Source: an uncultured Candidatus Saccharibacteria bacterium | GTDB taxonomy: Bacteria > Patescibacteriota > Doudnabacteria > UBA920 > O2-02-FULL-48-8 | NCBI GenBank assembly: GCA_964605735.1 | Contig: CAZSDS010000001.1 | Span: forward strand, 703,157-767,156 | Length of the DNA: 64,000 bases | Reading direction: 5' to 3' | Part shown: in pieces, positions 8,551 to 17,714 of the stretch | Numbering within the stretch: position 1 is the stretch's first letter | Layout of the letters: the number at the start of each line of letters is the position of its first letter | Position numbers and translations under genes: made by a program | Notes under the pieces: generated by a model | What the model was told of the DNA's origin: nothing | Databases searched by the model: none | What the model saw: only the letters and a program-made list of their open reading frames with translations

Positions 8551-9015
8551 TTACTTTGCTTCTTTAATTGCCTGCTGTTCTTCTTCGGTCAGCTGGGATT
8601 TTGAGATTCCTTTTTCAACCTCCTTTGCGTAGACTCTGTTTCCTTCGCGGCCATGCAGAGAGGAAATGACCACGCCGCTGTTGTCTGCATCAAGCAGAGC
8701 GATGACAAAACTGATGCTGCCGCCTGCGTCGTCAAACGGATTAAACCTGATAAAGCCGATTTTCTGGAAATTGTTTTTGTTGGCAGTTGCCAGACCGCTG
8801 ACAAACTGTTCTAAATGGTCAATCTGGCTGTTTATTTTTTTGATGGATTGTTCATGGGAAGCAATGACGTTGTCCAGTTTTTCAGTTACGGCGCCGTCGT
8901 AAAACTCCTGTCTTATGCTGTCTATGTTTTTGACGCGCAAAAACAGCCACACCCACATAAATAACACAAGTACGGACAGCCCTGCGGCACCCAGTGCAAT
9001 ATATTCGTAGTTCAT
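8551..9015 (-). CDS. DUF4446 family protein
   Basis: N-terminal TM, KIGFIRFNPFDDAGG, GVVISSLHGRE..RVYAK, LTEEE. Confidence 0.85.
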   Translation of the reverse strand: MNYEYIALGAAGLSVLVLFMWVWLFLRVKNIDSIRQEFYDGAVTEKLDNVIASHEQSIKKINSQIDHLEQFVSGLATANKNNFQKIGFIRFNPFDDAGGSISFVIALLDADNSGVVISSLHGREGNRVYAKEVEKGISKSQLTEEEQQAIKEAK

Positions 9016-9112
9016 AAATTTCCGTCTTATTATAGCCTAAACAATAAGGTTTGTGAAAATTGGCAGTTAAGCGCGGGTAAGGTATAATCTTAATGCTCTT
9101 AACAGGAAACTT

Positions 9113-9292
9113 ATGAAAAACAATAATTTGGCTCAGCAGAGCGAAGAACGCGAACTTCGAGTGGTAAAAAAGGATTTTACTTTTGTAGTTGGTTTGAATT
9201 TAATGCTTTTGGCCTTGATGGTGGCTTTGTATTTCTGGAACAGGTCAACTGGACAGCTTGAACACTGGTTTTCGCAGCTGATTAAATTCTAA
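9113..9292 (+). CDS. Small single-pass membrane protein (59 aa, below ORF-track cutoff)
   Basis: MKNNNLAQQSEERELRVVKKDFTFVVGLNLMLLALMVALYFWNRSTGQLEHWFSQLIKF, with TATAAT and AGGA upstream. Confidence 0.6.
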   Translation: MKNNNLAQQSEERELRVVKKDFTFVVGLNLMLLALMVALYFWNRSTGQLEHWFSQLIKF

Positions 9293-9387
9293 GTCGTTAT
9301 GTTGCAAGCGTTGCACAGCGTGAACCTGCACGGTTTTTAGTCAGTTTTGCTGTATTCGGCATTCACACCGCCTGCCTTTCTCCTGTT

Positions 9388-9461
9388 GGGGATATAGTAA
9401 AGTGGTATTACATCGCATTCGCATTGCGGAGGCGCGGGTTCGATTCCCGCTATCTCCACCA
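9388..9461 (+). tRNA. tRNA-Ala(CGC)
   Basis: Cloverleaf, G3:U70 identity pair, loop TTCGCAT, CCA. Confidence 0.92.
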
Positions 9462-9517
9462 AAGGAAAGTTAGGTGAAATGAAAAACGCGGGTTAACCGC
9501 GCTTTTTTGTTTTTTGG

Positions 9518-10747
9518 CTATTTTCTTAAGAAGGCTTCTTTTGGTGAAAGGCCCGTGGCTCTCCGTGCCGGCCAGAATCCGGCAAACACTCCAATGAACG
9601 CGGATGATCCAATACAAAGTGCGGCAAACCACCATGGCGTAATGAACAGATCCACTGGTGTGCCCCCCAAGCGTGAGGCTAAAGTGTTAAAGCCAAGGTT
9701 GAGCAACTCCCCTGCTCCCACACCAAGGACAACTCCTGTGACTCCGCCGGCCAGTCCCATCAACAAAGATTCCATTAAAAACAAATTCCTGACGTCAGAG
9801 TCAGTCGCGCCCAAAGATTTCATAACACCAACCTCATAAATGCGCTCCAGGAAGCTGACAATCATGGTGTTGAACATTCCCACAGCCGAGACAACCAAAG
9901 CGGCAATACCGAACACACCAAGCACAATTGTGATTATGGTTAAAATTCTCCCTGCCTGGTTGACCAAGTCAAGTTTTGCTGAGATCAAGAATCCTTTTTC
10001 CAGCAAGGCGTCCCGTAGCTCATTAACTTCATCCCCGCTTTTGGCTTTGATATAGGTTTCTTTGTAGCCCGGCATCTCCTTGTCCATGGATTGAGCCAAA
10101 ACATAGACGACTGGCGGCTCGGCTTCGTTTGTGATTAAGCCCAAAATGGGCAAGTCACGTTTTGAGTTTATTTCCTGCGTGATCTCCCCTTGGTCATTTT
10201 CAATGGCAATATGTATTCCCAACTGCTTGCCTAATGCCGTGGCATCTTCAGGCAAGCCAAAAATCTTTGCCGTTTGCAGGGTTATGATCACGCCTTCGCT
10301 GGCGTTTTTTATTTGGTTTCCAACATCCGGGATCGTGCCGGAAAGCCGGAAGAAATTTTCATTGATTGTACGGACCAGGATGCCGCTTCCCAAAGCTTCG
10401 CCTGCCCTAACTTCGCCTTGAAACTCCGCCACCGGGCTTATTTCCGCTGTTAACGGTAGGTTTGCGATTTCCTGTACCTGCTCTGCTCTGATTGTCAGGC
10501 CGCTCTCCTGCGGATAATATGCTTGAACGGTAAGCAGTGAATCTTCTGTGGTGATAAGGCGGCCAAGCAATACGTATTGCAAGCCATACCCAAGCGAAAT
10601 CAAAAAGACAACCGTGGCAATGCCAATGGACGTGCCAAAAATCGTCAAAAAAGTCCTGGTTGGTTTTACCGTAAAAATTCTGGTTGAAAGCCTAACCAGG
10701 TCAAACAGCCTTAGTTTGTGGTTTGTTTGTTGAGTGGATTGTTCCAT
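9518..10747 (-). CDS. MacB/FtsX-like ABC transporter permease
   Basis: RTFLTIFGTSIGIA, ERIYEVGVMKSLGA, F..ES, PARRA..LSP.EA. Confidence 0.9.
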   Translation of the reverse strand: MEQSTQQTNHKLRLFDLVRLSTRIFTVKPTRTFLTIFGTSIGIATVVFLISLGYGLQYVLLGRLITTEDSLLTVQAYYPQESGLTIRAEQVQEIANLPLTAEISPVAEFQGEVRAGEALGSGILVRTINENFFRLSGTIPDVGNQIKNASEGVIITLQTAKIFGLPEDATALGKQLGIHIAIENDQGEITQEINSKRDLPILGLITNEAEPPVVYVLAQSMDKEMPGYKETYIKAKSGDEVNELRDALLEKGFLISAKLDLVNQAGRILTIITIVLGVFGIAALVVSAVGMFNTMIVSFLERIYEVGVMKSLGATDSDVRNLFLMESLLMGLAGGVTGVVLGVGAGELLNLGFNTLASRLGGTPVDLFITPWWFAALCIGSSAFIGVFAGFWPARRATGLSPKEAFLRK

Positions 10748-10767
10748 TTGTTTTGGTGTCTAGTTGG

Positions 10768-12066
10768 TTAGTCAACCTGTCCGGCTGGCAGTTGTTTGGA
10801 GGAAAGGGCAAGTTCGAGTTTTTCCGCCATGCGCTGGGAGCTGCGCAACGGTATTCCCACTCCCATTTTGCTCTTTGGCAGGTTCAGCACTTTCTGGAAA
10901 GATTCATAATCGATTATATTTACGATTCTTTCGCGGATAATCTCATCAAGTCGTTCGATTTGCAGGTAGTCCAAAGTTCCTTTGTATCCTTGCAAAAGCC
11001 ATTTTCGGATCAGCATCATTTCTTCGTAAGGAGGATTTTCCGGGTTGGTTTCAAAAATTTTATGGATTTCGTCCAGTTTGGCTTTTTCCTGGATCAGATC
11101 CTCCACAAACAAACTGATCTTGCTCGCTTTTTGGAACCACAAGCCAATTCCACCTTCTTTGTAGGGGCGGTCCAGTTCCCATAAAAACTGCTGAGCAGTA
11201 ATTTTTCTATCGAGTCTGTCGCGGATCAGTTTTTGGAATCGTTCCATTTCTTCCCTTGAAAAACCCCGCAGGAACATGCTTGAAAGTGACTTGGCGGCAA
11301 CCTCGTTTGGTTCGGCCTGCTGATCAATTTGCCCGAACATATGTTTGGTGATTGATTTTCTCAGTGTTTTCGGAGTCGGGGTTTCTGTTTTTACAACCTG
11401 CCCATCTTTGATGTAGAAAATTTTCTTGGCATCGCGCAAGCTCCAGGCTTCGTGAGTGACCATGATGACAGTGCGGTTGTCTTTTTCGTTCAGCTCTTTC
11501 AAGAACTCTAGAACTTTTTGGGAGTTTTCAGAGTCAAGGTTTCCCAGCGGTTCGTCAGCGATTAATATTGGGGGGTTGTTCGCCAGTGCGCGCGCTATGC
11601 CGACGCGTTGTTGTTGTCCGCCGGATAATTCATAAGGCAGGCGCTCCGCCAAATTGCTGATTCCCAATCTGTCCAGCAGTTCCATGGCTCTCTTGCGGCG
11701 CCTGTCAGCGGAAATCCCAAGGAAAGCCATTGGCAAAGCCACATTATTGGCCACGCTCAATGTTGGAATCAGATTGAATTGCTGGAAAATCATGCCAACC
11801 CCCACCTGGCGGTAAATTGCCAGTTCCTGGGAAGTAAAATTGGCGATGTCACGGCCGTTGATTTTCAATTCACCGGCCTGCGATTTTTCAATGCCTGAAA
11901 TAAGGTAAAGCAAAGAAGTTTTCCCGGATCCGGACGGCCCAAAAAACGCGGCATACTCTCCCCTGTTGATGGTCAAGTTGATGTCTTTAAGCGCCCACGT
12001 TTCAGAGGGCTTGTCTTTGTTGTACCAAAAATTAACTTTGTTAAGTTCGATGATCGGCTCAGCCAT
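10768..12066 (-). CDS. ABC transporter ATP-binding protein (LolD/MacB type) with C-terminal extension
   Basis: GPSGSGKT, LSGGQQQRV, ADEPLGNLD, VTHE, then ~200 aa of extra C-terminal sequence. Confidence 0.92.
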   Translation of the reverse strand: MAEPIIELNKVNFWYNKDKPSETWALKDINLTINRGEYAAFFGPSGSGKTSLLYLISGIEKSQAGELKINGRDIANFTSQELAIYRQVGVGMIFQQFNLIPTLSVANNVALPMAFLGISADRRRKRAMELLDRLGISNLAERLPYELSGGQQQRVGIARALANNPPILIADEPLGNLDSENSQKVLEFLKELNEKDNRTVIMVTHEAWSLRDAKKIFYIKDGQVVKTETPTPKTLRKSITKHMFGQIDQQAEPNEVAAKSLSSMFLRGFSREEMERFQKLIRDRLDRKITAQQFLWELDRPYKEGGIGLWFQKASKISLFVEDLIQEKAKLDEIHKIFETNPENPPYEEMMLIRKWLLQGYKGTLDYLQIERLDEIIRERIVNIIDYESFQKVLNLPKSKMGVGIPLRSSQRMAEKLELALSSKQLPAGQVD

Positions 12067-12086
12067 TTTGAAATTAAAATTACGTT

Positions 12087-12530
12087 TTAAGCGAATCGTT
12101 CAATAACAGCAACCATGTCCTGCGGCAGGTGATCATCTTTGACCAGGTATTCATCTGCGCCGAGCTCTTTGGCCTTTTTGCGGTACTTGGATTCTGTGAA
12201 TCCGGAGAAAATTATGACGACCGTATTTTTAAGTTTGGGGTTGCCTTTTATTTTTTTCAAAAGCTCAAATCCGGTTTCGTCAGTTCTGGTTGATTTGTTG
12301 CCGTCAATCATTGGCATGGACAAATCTAAAAGGACCAACGAAGGTTTTTTCTTGGGGTTCATGATGACTTTTTCCGCTTCGTTTATTCCGGCGGTTATCG
12401 TCAGTTCGAACTTATTTTCCAGCCCGTGCAGCCAGAAAATATCTTTTATGTACATTCGGACAATTTCACTGTCGTCAACCAGCAAAACCTTGGTTTTTTG
12501 CTTCTTTTTCGTTGCGGTTTTTGTTGTCAT
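12087..12530 (-). CDS. Stand-alone response regulator (receiver domain)
   Basis: VLLVDD, LLDLSMP, GADEYLVK. Confidence 0.88.
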   Translation of the reverse strand: MTTKTATKKKQKTKVLLVDDSEIVRMYIKDIFWLHGLENKFELTITAGINEAEKVIMNPKKKPSLVLLDLSMPMIDGNKSTRTDETGFELLKKIKGNPKLKNTVVIIFSGFTESKYRKKAKELGADEYLVKDDHLPQDMVAVIERFA

Positions 12531-12622
12531 ATGGGTAAAAATTTTCAGGTTTATTATATCACAAATCTGCTCAGGAAGAATAAAAACCCCTCAGTTTTGA
12601 GGGGTTTTTTTAGAAGCTTCAA

Positions 12623-15600
12623 TTACTGTCGCAAGAACTTGAAGGTGTCTTCAAAATTTTTGAAGATGACATCCAAAATTGACTCTGTCTGGCGCGGCAC
12701 TACAATTGTTCTGACTGGGAACGAGGTGGTGTTGCCGGACTGGTCAGTGGATTCGATCTGAATGCGGTAGATGCCGCCTGGTTTAAGCGTGGTCAGGATG
12801 ACTGTGTGTTCCGTGACTGTGTTGTTGGTAATTTCCACTTTATTGGTCAGCGGCCTGTCAGCAGCGCCTGTTCCTTCTTCGTAACGGACAATTGAAGTGG
12901 CTGGTTCATTCGTCTTCCACGCGACAATTGTCTGGGTGCGGTCCTGTCTGCCAGGAACCAGCGCGGTTTCAATCTTCAAACCGCTGATTTCCGGCGCTGA
13001 CTCATCTTGCGTTGTGGTGATGATTGTTGGGGCTCCGCCTTCAATCATGTTGCCATTGGCCGCGTAGCCGTAAACCGTGACTTCATAAGAGGTTGCCGGC
13101 AGCAGGTTCTCAATTACCATTGAGTGGCTGGTTGTGCGGTTTTCGTCAGATTTCTGCAAAACTTCACTTGTGGCCATGTTCTTATACTGCACCACGGTGG
13201 TGGTTGCTGTTGGTGTTGACCAGGAAGCGCGGAAAGAGTTGTTTGTAATTTCCGTGATGCGGCCTTGCACCGGCAGAGGTCTGGTTGTGAAAGTCTGTTC
13301 CCTGCCCTGACCAACTGCTCCTGGTATGCTGAAGCTTTTTGGCAAAATTCTGTACGTGGTGTTTGGTTTGAGGTTAACCAGTTTGATCTCGTGTTGAGTA
13401 ACTTTAGTTGATGTGTTTGAAGCCTCGTTTGGATATTCTGTACTGCCGGCTGGAACCTGGGATTCTTCCGCGTAGTTCAAGACAGAAAAGGCTTTAATGT
13501 TTGTGCGCCACCTTACAGTTGCGCTGTCCGGGGTGATGTCCACCACTTCAGGCCGGTCAATGAATGGTGGAACCAAGCTAGGCAAGGCTGATTCAATAGC
13601 CTCTTCAATAGCCGCCTGGAATTGCTCAGCATCTTCAATATCAATACTGCCTTCAGTGAAGTACTTGGTTTCAAGGTTTGCCGGTGTGTCTGTTTTTGAG
13701 TTTCCGCCTTTGTCCACTGCTTTTACGCGGTAGTAGTAAGTTGTGCCCATTGTCAGGCCGCGCATTTGAATATTATGCTGCTGGGCAAAATCAGCGCTGG
13801 AAGCAGTAAGCCCATAATCTTCTGTCTTGCCGTATTCAACTATACCGATGGTGTCTTCATTGGTGCTGAAGGCGATTTCTGCAGAAAATGAAGTGATGTT
13901 ATTCGCCACGACTCCGGTAATGTTAGGCGCAGTGGTATCTAGGGTAACGGATGACCCTCCTCCCCCGCCTCCAACCTGCTGGATAATGGTTGTTTCGTCA
14001 GTGGTGAACTGTCCGACGTCAGAAATTGTTTCATTTCCTGCCTCATCAGTTGATTTTACTCGGAAGTAGTAAGTGGTGTTTTCTTCAAGTCCGGTAATTG
14101 AAACCACGTGGAAAATGGACAACGTTTCAATCAGGTCAGTTTCGGTATCAAGGTCATCCTCTGCCAAGCCCCAATCCAGTTGTGAAGTGGCAAGCTCATT
14201 GGTTTGCCAGATCACAACAGCAGCCGTGGCAGCAATCACCGGCGTGTCGATTCCGGTAATGACAGGCGCCTGGTTGTCTGTTGTGGTAACAAAGGAGTAG
14301 TAACTGCCGCCATTGGTGTCAGTGGTTGTGTTTTCCTGGTCGTCCGTGGACTGGACTGAGTAATAATATGTGGTGCCCGCGTCCAAGCCAGTCAGGTTCA
14401 CTGAGTGCTGGAAAGGAGCTGAGCCGCCGACCAAAGATGCAGTTCCAACCTGTGTTGGGTTTGCCAGGGTCGGGCTTGTTGAATAGTTTACGAAAGAATC
14501 CGAGTCTGCGTTTGTAGTCCAGAATATTGTTGCCGAATGATCACCAACGCTGGTTTCCGTGACACCGGAAACTACCGGGCCGGATACTGTGGTAAAGTTA
14601 TACCCTGCCCCGTCATTGTCTTTGGTGGTGGCGTTCCCCAGCGGGTCATTGGATTTGACTCGGAATAAGTAAGTGGTGTTTGGAGTCAGGTTGCGCAGAG
14701 TGACTGAGTGCGAGGTGACAAAAGATGAAACCGCCTGGCCTACGTCAAAGGTTGTTGCCGGGGAAATAGAAAAGTCCACGCGAGAATCAGAAAGCTCGTC
14801 AGTGGTCCACGTAATAGTGGCTGTGGTTGACTGGACATCAGCCACGGTGATGTTCGTGATTACCGGGGCAGAGTTATCCGTACCACCTTGTCCGTCAGCG
14901 GTGTCTGAAACAACATCAGAGAATCCGCTGATGTCTCCGTCAGTGTCCACTGTGCGGACTTTGTAGTAATAAGTGGTTTCTTGGTCCAGGGTAAAGTCTG
15001 CGAAGTAGTTGACGTTAATGTCCGTGATGGTGGAATGAAGAGAGAACGAACTACCGTCCGTTGACCGGTAGATTTCATACTGTTCAAACTCAGAACCTGC
15101 TTCCTCAGTGTAAACCTCCCAGGAAATAAATTCGGTGTAATTTTCTGCGCTGACATTGGAGATGTCCTTGATAAACATCTTGTTAGGGTTTGGGGTGTTT
15201 GGCGAAACAGCTGTTACAGAAGTGATGTTTCCGTTTGCGTCCATAACCTGCAGGTAAACCGTGAAGTGATTAGGAATTGGGGCAAAGTTCCAATTTGGGC
15301 TTAGGTCTATAGAGTTCCCGCCCGCGTCCTGCCATTCACCGGAAGTCGCGTTGCGTCCGTCCGCAGACATGTCGGAGTTGTTGGATAACCTGTAGGACAG
15401 CCCCGCGTCATCATCAGCCGTAATTTGAACCTTGCCCTGGCTTACATCCAAATTTAAAGTGACACTAGGCGGAGTCGTGTCTAATGTGAATTCTCCGGAT
15501 GTGGCTTGGGCAGTATTATTGGCTGATTCGTTGTCGTTTATCGTCACGCGAACTTGCGCGGTAGTCACATAGTTGTCCGGTATCTGGCTGAGGGCGTCCC

Positions 15601-17539
15601 AAACCGCAGTGTATGAGGTATAGCCAACCTCCTCCACTTCCTTGTTGTTTGTGTCGCCTGCGGCCAGGGATTGCGAATTGATCGCGACCCATCCCCCGCC
15701 AATATTATATTGGAACGAAGGTGTCACAAAGCCAGGGGTTGTTGTGCCGGTAGTTGTGTCAACGTCACGAATATTATATGTGATCAGAACCTTGCCGACG
15801 TCAGGGCTGTCCGGGTCAGTCTCATGCACTGCTGAAACTGAGTCAGATGGGTCAAAGTTCGGCGGAGCGTTAACAACGTAAGTAACCGTAATACTGCTGA
15901 ATGTTGGCGTTGCAACGCCGTTGCCGCCAAGAATGACCTTGTATTGGAACCACCGGTCATTGCTGCCCGATCTGAGCGGGTTAGATGAGGCAATGGTTAC
16001 GTTGTTGTTTGCTGAAACAAAATAGTTGCTTCCGTCGCACGAACTGCCGGTGTCGGAAAACCCGCACCAGCCGCTCCAGGTTGCGCCATCCGGAGATGTG
16101 CGGATTTGAACGCGGGCGGTTTCTGTGACAGAAGTGCCTGATGCAGTCCAGGCAACCTTTGCCACCAGGGTTTCAGTGTCCCCTGCGTCAAATGGTGATG
16201 AAATCACTTCTGCTCCTGAGTACATCCCACTATATGTGAGCGATGAGCTTGTGATTGGTCTAGGAGTGTCGCTGCCCCCCGTAACAAACGACGCCATGGC
16301 GTTAGCGGTGTTACGAGAATCATTTGTAGTCCAAGTAGCTGTTTCATTCGTTAATGCCGAAGATGATGTCCTATACTGTACCATGTGTTGTCCGTTATCA
16401 CTGCTTACTTCGGTATAACTGGCATTTGGCCCTGAGACTGATGTGGAGCCGACTTGTGTAGCAACACACAACACGAAAACATTAGCAACTGTATTGAGTC
16501 CTGAAGAACAAGGATGGATTGTAGCGGAAATGTTAGAGGTGCTGCCTGTGGTGTCGAGTGGGTCATAATGATCAGCACCAGCAAGTTCAAAAGCATAAAT
16601 TCTGAAGGTTGAACCTACGGTCGCAGCCTGTACTGTGACAGTAGTTGTTCCGCCTGTGACATTTTTTGCGTAATAGATGTGTTCTTGTCGGAAGTTAGTA
16701 CCAGTGAATGAAATTGCAGTAGAGTAAGTGTTACCAGCGTTGTCTGAAGCGGAATAAGCGATTCCAGAACTATCTACCTGCGACATCGCAACAACAATCA
16801 AGTTGCCGGGAGTTACATTCGGAAGTACCGCTTGTGCACTGATTCCTGAGTTAGATCCGCTTGTTTGTTGGACAACCGTTGGCGGGGCAATTGGATAAGG
16901 CACTGCCCTCCACTGCAAGTTTGTACCAGGCGAGGCGAAGGTATGCAGTTGCCCTGGTCTTACCCTCTCCCAAGTTGATCCCCCATTGTTTGATAATTCA
17001 TAATATAAGCTTCCAGTGCCAGCCCCCTCTGTTGCTGTTAGGGTGGCTGAATTTACGGAAGTGCCTGCCGCATTTGCCTGAGTAGATTGGGCAGGGTCTG
17101 TAGTAACCAAATTCGAGTAAGTTCCAAGTTGGATGTTGGATCCTATTAGTGCTCCTGTTTGCGTTGAGTATTTATTCCAATTGGTCTGGTCTGCCGGGTG
17201 GGCCGCTGTTGAGGCACTAACTCCCCCGCTCCAGCTGTTTTGGGTAAAGGTATAGGATGCGGCTGAGCTAGGCGTGCCACCGTACAAAAGAACCCACGCA
17301 AAAATAGCCAACAATAATGTTGTTGCTGACAGTGTTCTCCAGCGCGGTTCGCTGACTTTGAGAAAACCCAGCACTTTCCTTGGAATGACAAAAACAACCC
17401 AAGACAGTTTTCTAAAAAAACTGTCGGATTTTACCTTTTTGTTATTTGTGGTTTTTCTGGGCATGTCAGTCACGTTTGCACTATTTGTGAATGCTGATTT
17501 CTCCGACTGATTTCCCGAACCAATAGGATTTTCATCCAT
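12623..17539 (-). CDS. Large surface protein with multiple fibronectin type III / Ig-like domains
   Basis: N-terminal TM, then repeated W.T.E...S.V.Y...H.V.L..L.P.TTYY.RV.S.D..GN units. Ser/Thr-rich. Confidence 0.85.
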   Translation of the reverse strand: MDENPIGSGNQSEKSAFTNSANVTDMPRKTTNNKKVKSDSFFRKLSWVVFVIPRKVLGFLKVSEPRWRTLSATTLLLAIFAWVLLYGGTPSSAASYTFTQNSWSGGVSASTAAHPADQTNWNKYSTQTGALIGSNIQLGTYSNLVTTDPAQSTQANAAGTSVNSATLTATEGAGTGSLYYELSNNGGSTWERVRPGQLHTFASPGTNLQWRAVPYPIAPPTVVQQTSGSNSGISAQAVLPNVTPGNLIVVAMSQVDSSGIAYSASDNAGNTYSTAISFTGTNFRQEHIYYAKNVTGGTTTVTVQAATVGSTFRIYAFELAGADHYDPLDTTGSTSNISATIHPCSSGLNTVANVFVLCVATQVGSTSVSGPNASYTEVSSDNGQHMVQYRTSSSALTNETATWTTNDSRNTANAMASFVTGGSDTPRPITSSSLTYSGMYSGAEVISSPFDAGDTETLVAKVAWTASGTSVTETARVQIRTSPDGATWSGWCGFSDTGSSCDGSNYFVSANNNVTIASSNPLRSGSNDRWFQYKVILGGNGVATPTFSSITVTYVVNAPPNFDPSDSVSAVHETDPDSPDVGKVLITYNIRDVDTTTGTTTPGFVTPSFQYNIGGGWVAINSQSLAAGDTNNKEVEEVGYTSYTAVWDALSQIPDNYVTTAQVRVTINDNESANNTAQATSGEFTLDTTPPSVTLNLDVSQGKVQITADDDAGLSYRLSNNSDMSADGRNATSGEWQDAGGNSIDLSPNWNFAPIPNHFTVYLQVMDANGNITSVTAVSPNTPNPNKMFIKDISNVSAENYTEFISWEVYTEEAGSEFEQYEIYRSTDGSSFSLHSTITDINVNYFADFTLDQETTYYYKVRTVDTDGDISGFSDVVSDTADGQGGTDNSAPVITNITVADVQSTTATITWTTDELSDSRVDFSISPATTFDVGQAVSSFVTSHSVTLRNLTPNTTYLFRVKSNDPLGNATTKDNDGAGYNFTTVSGPVVSGVTETSVGDHSATIFWTTNADSDSFVNYSTSPTLANPTQVGTASLVGGSAPFQHSVNLTGLDAGTTYYYSVQSTDDQENTTTDTNGGSYYSFVTTTDNQAPVITGIDTPVIAATAAVVIWQTNELATSQLDWGLAEDDLDTETDLIETLSIFHVVSITGLEENTTYYFRVKSTDEAGNETISDVGQFTTDETTIIQQVGGGGGGSSVTLDTTAPNITGVVANNITSFSAEIAFSTNEDTIGIVEYGKTEDYGLTASSADFAQQHNIQMRGLTMGTTYYYRVKAVDKGGNSKTDTPANLETKYFTEGSIDIEDAEQFQAAIEEAIESALPSLVPPFIDRPEVVDITPDSATVRWRTNIKAFSVLNYAEESQVPAGSTEYPNEASNTSTKVTQHEIKLVNLKPNTTYRILPKSFSIPGAVGQGREQTFTTRPLPVQGRITEITNNSFRASWSTPTATTTVVQYKNMATSEVLQKSDENRTTSHSMVIENLLPATSYEVTVYGYAANGNMIEGGAPTIITTTQDESAPEISGLKIETALVPGRQDRTQTIVAWKTNEPATSIVRYEEGTGAADRPLTNKVEITNNTVTEHTVILTTLKPGGIYRIQIESTDQSGNTTSFPVRTIVVPRQTESILDVIFKNFEDTFKFLRQ

Positions 17540-17714
17540 TTTGTTTTTGTTTCTGATATCTGCTCATTTTGGCAGACAGAAATATATTAACCAACTCAAT
17601 TATACCACAAGAACTTGAATTTGTCCAGCAAAATATAATGGTTGATACTGGCAATTCCAAGAGGTTTACTTAATCATATTTGTTTAAGGAACAAAAGAAA
17701 CTTGTGTTTATGGT

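Noticed and set aside
9293-9387. Possible repeat or structured element upstream of tRNA-Ala(CGC), containing ccgcctgcc
   Set aside because: No partner inverted repeat or second copy in the window.
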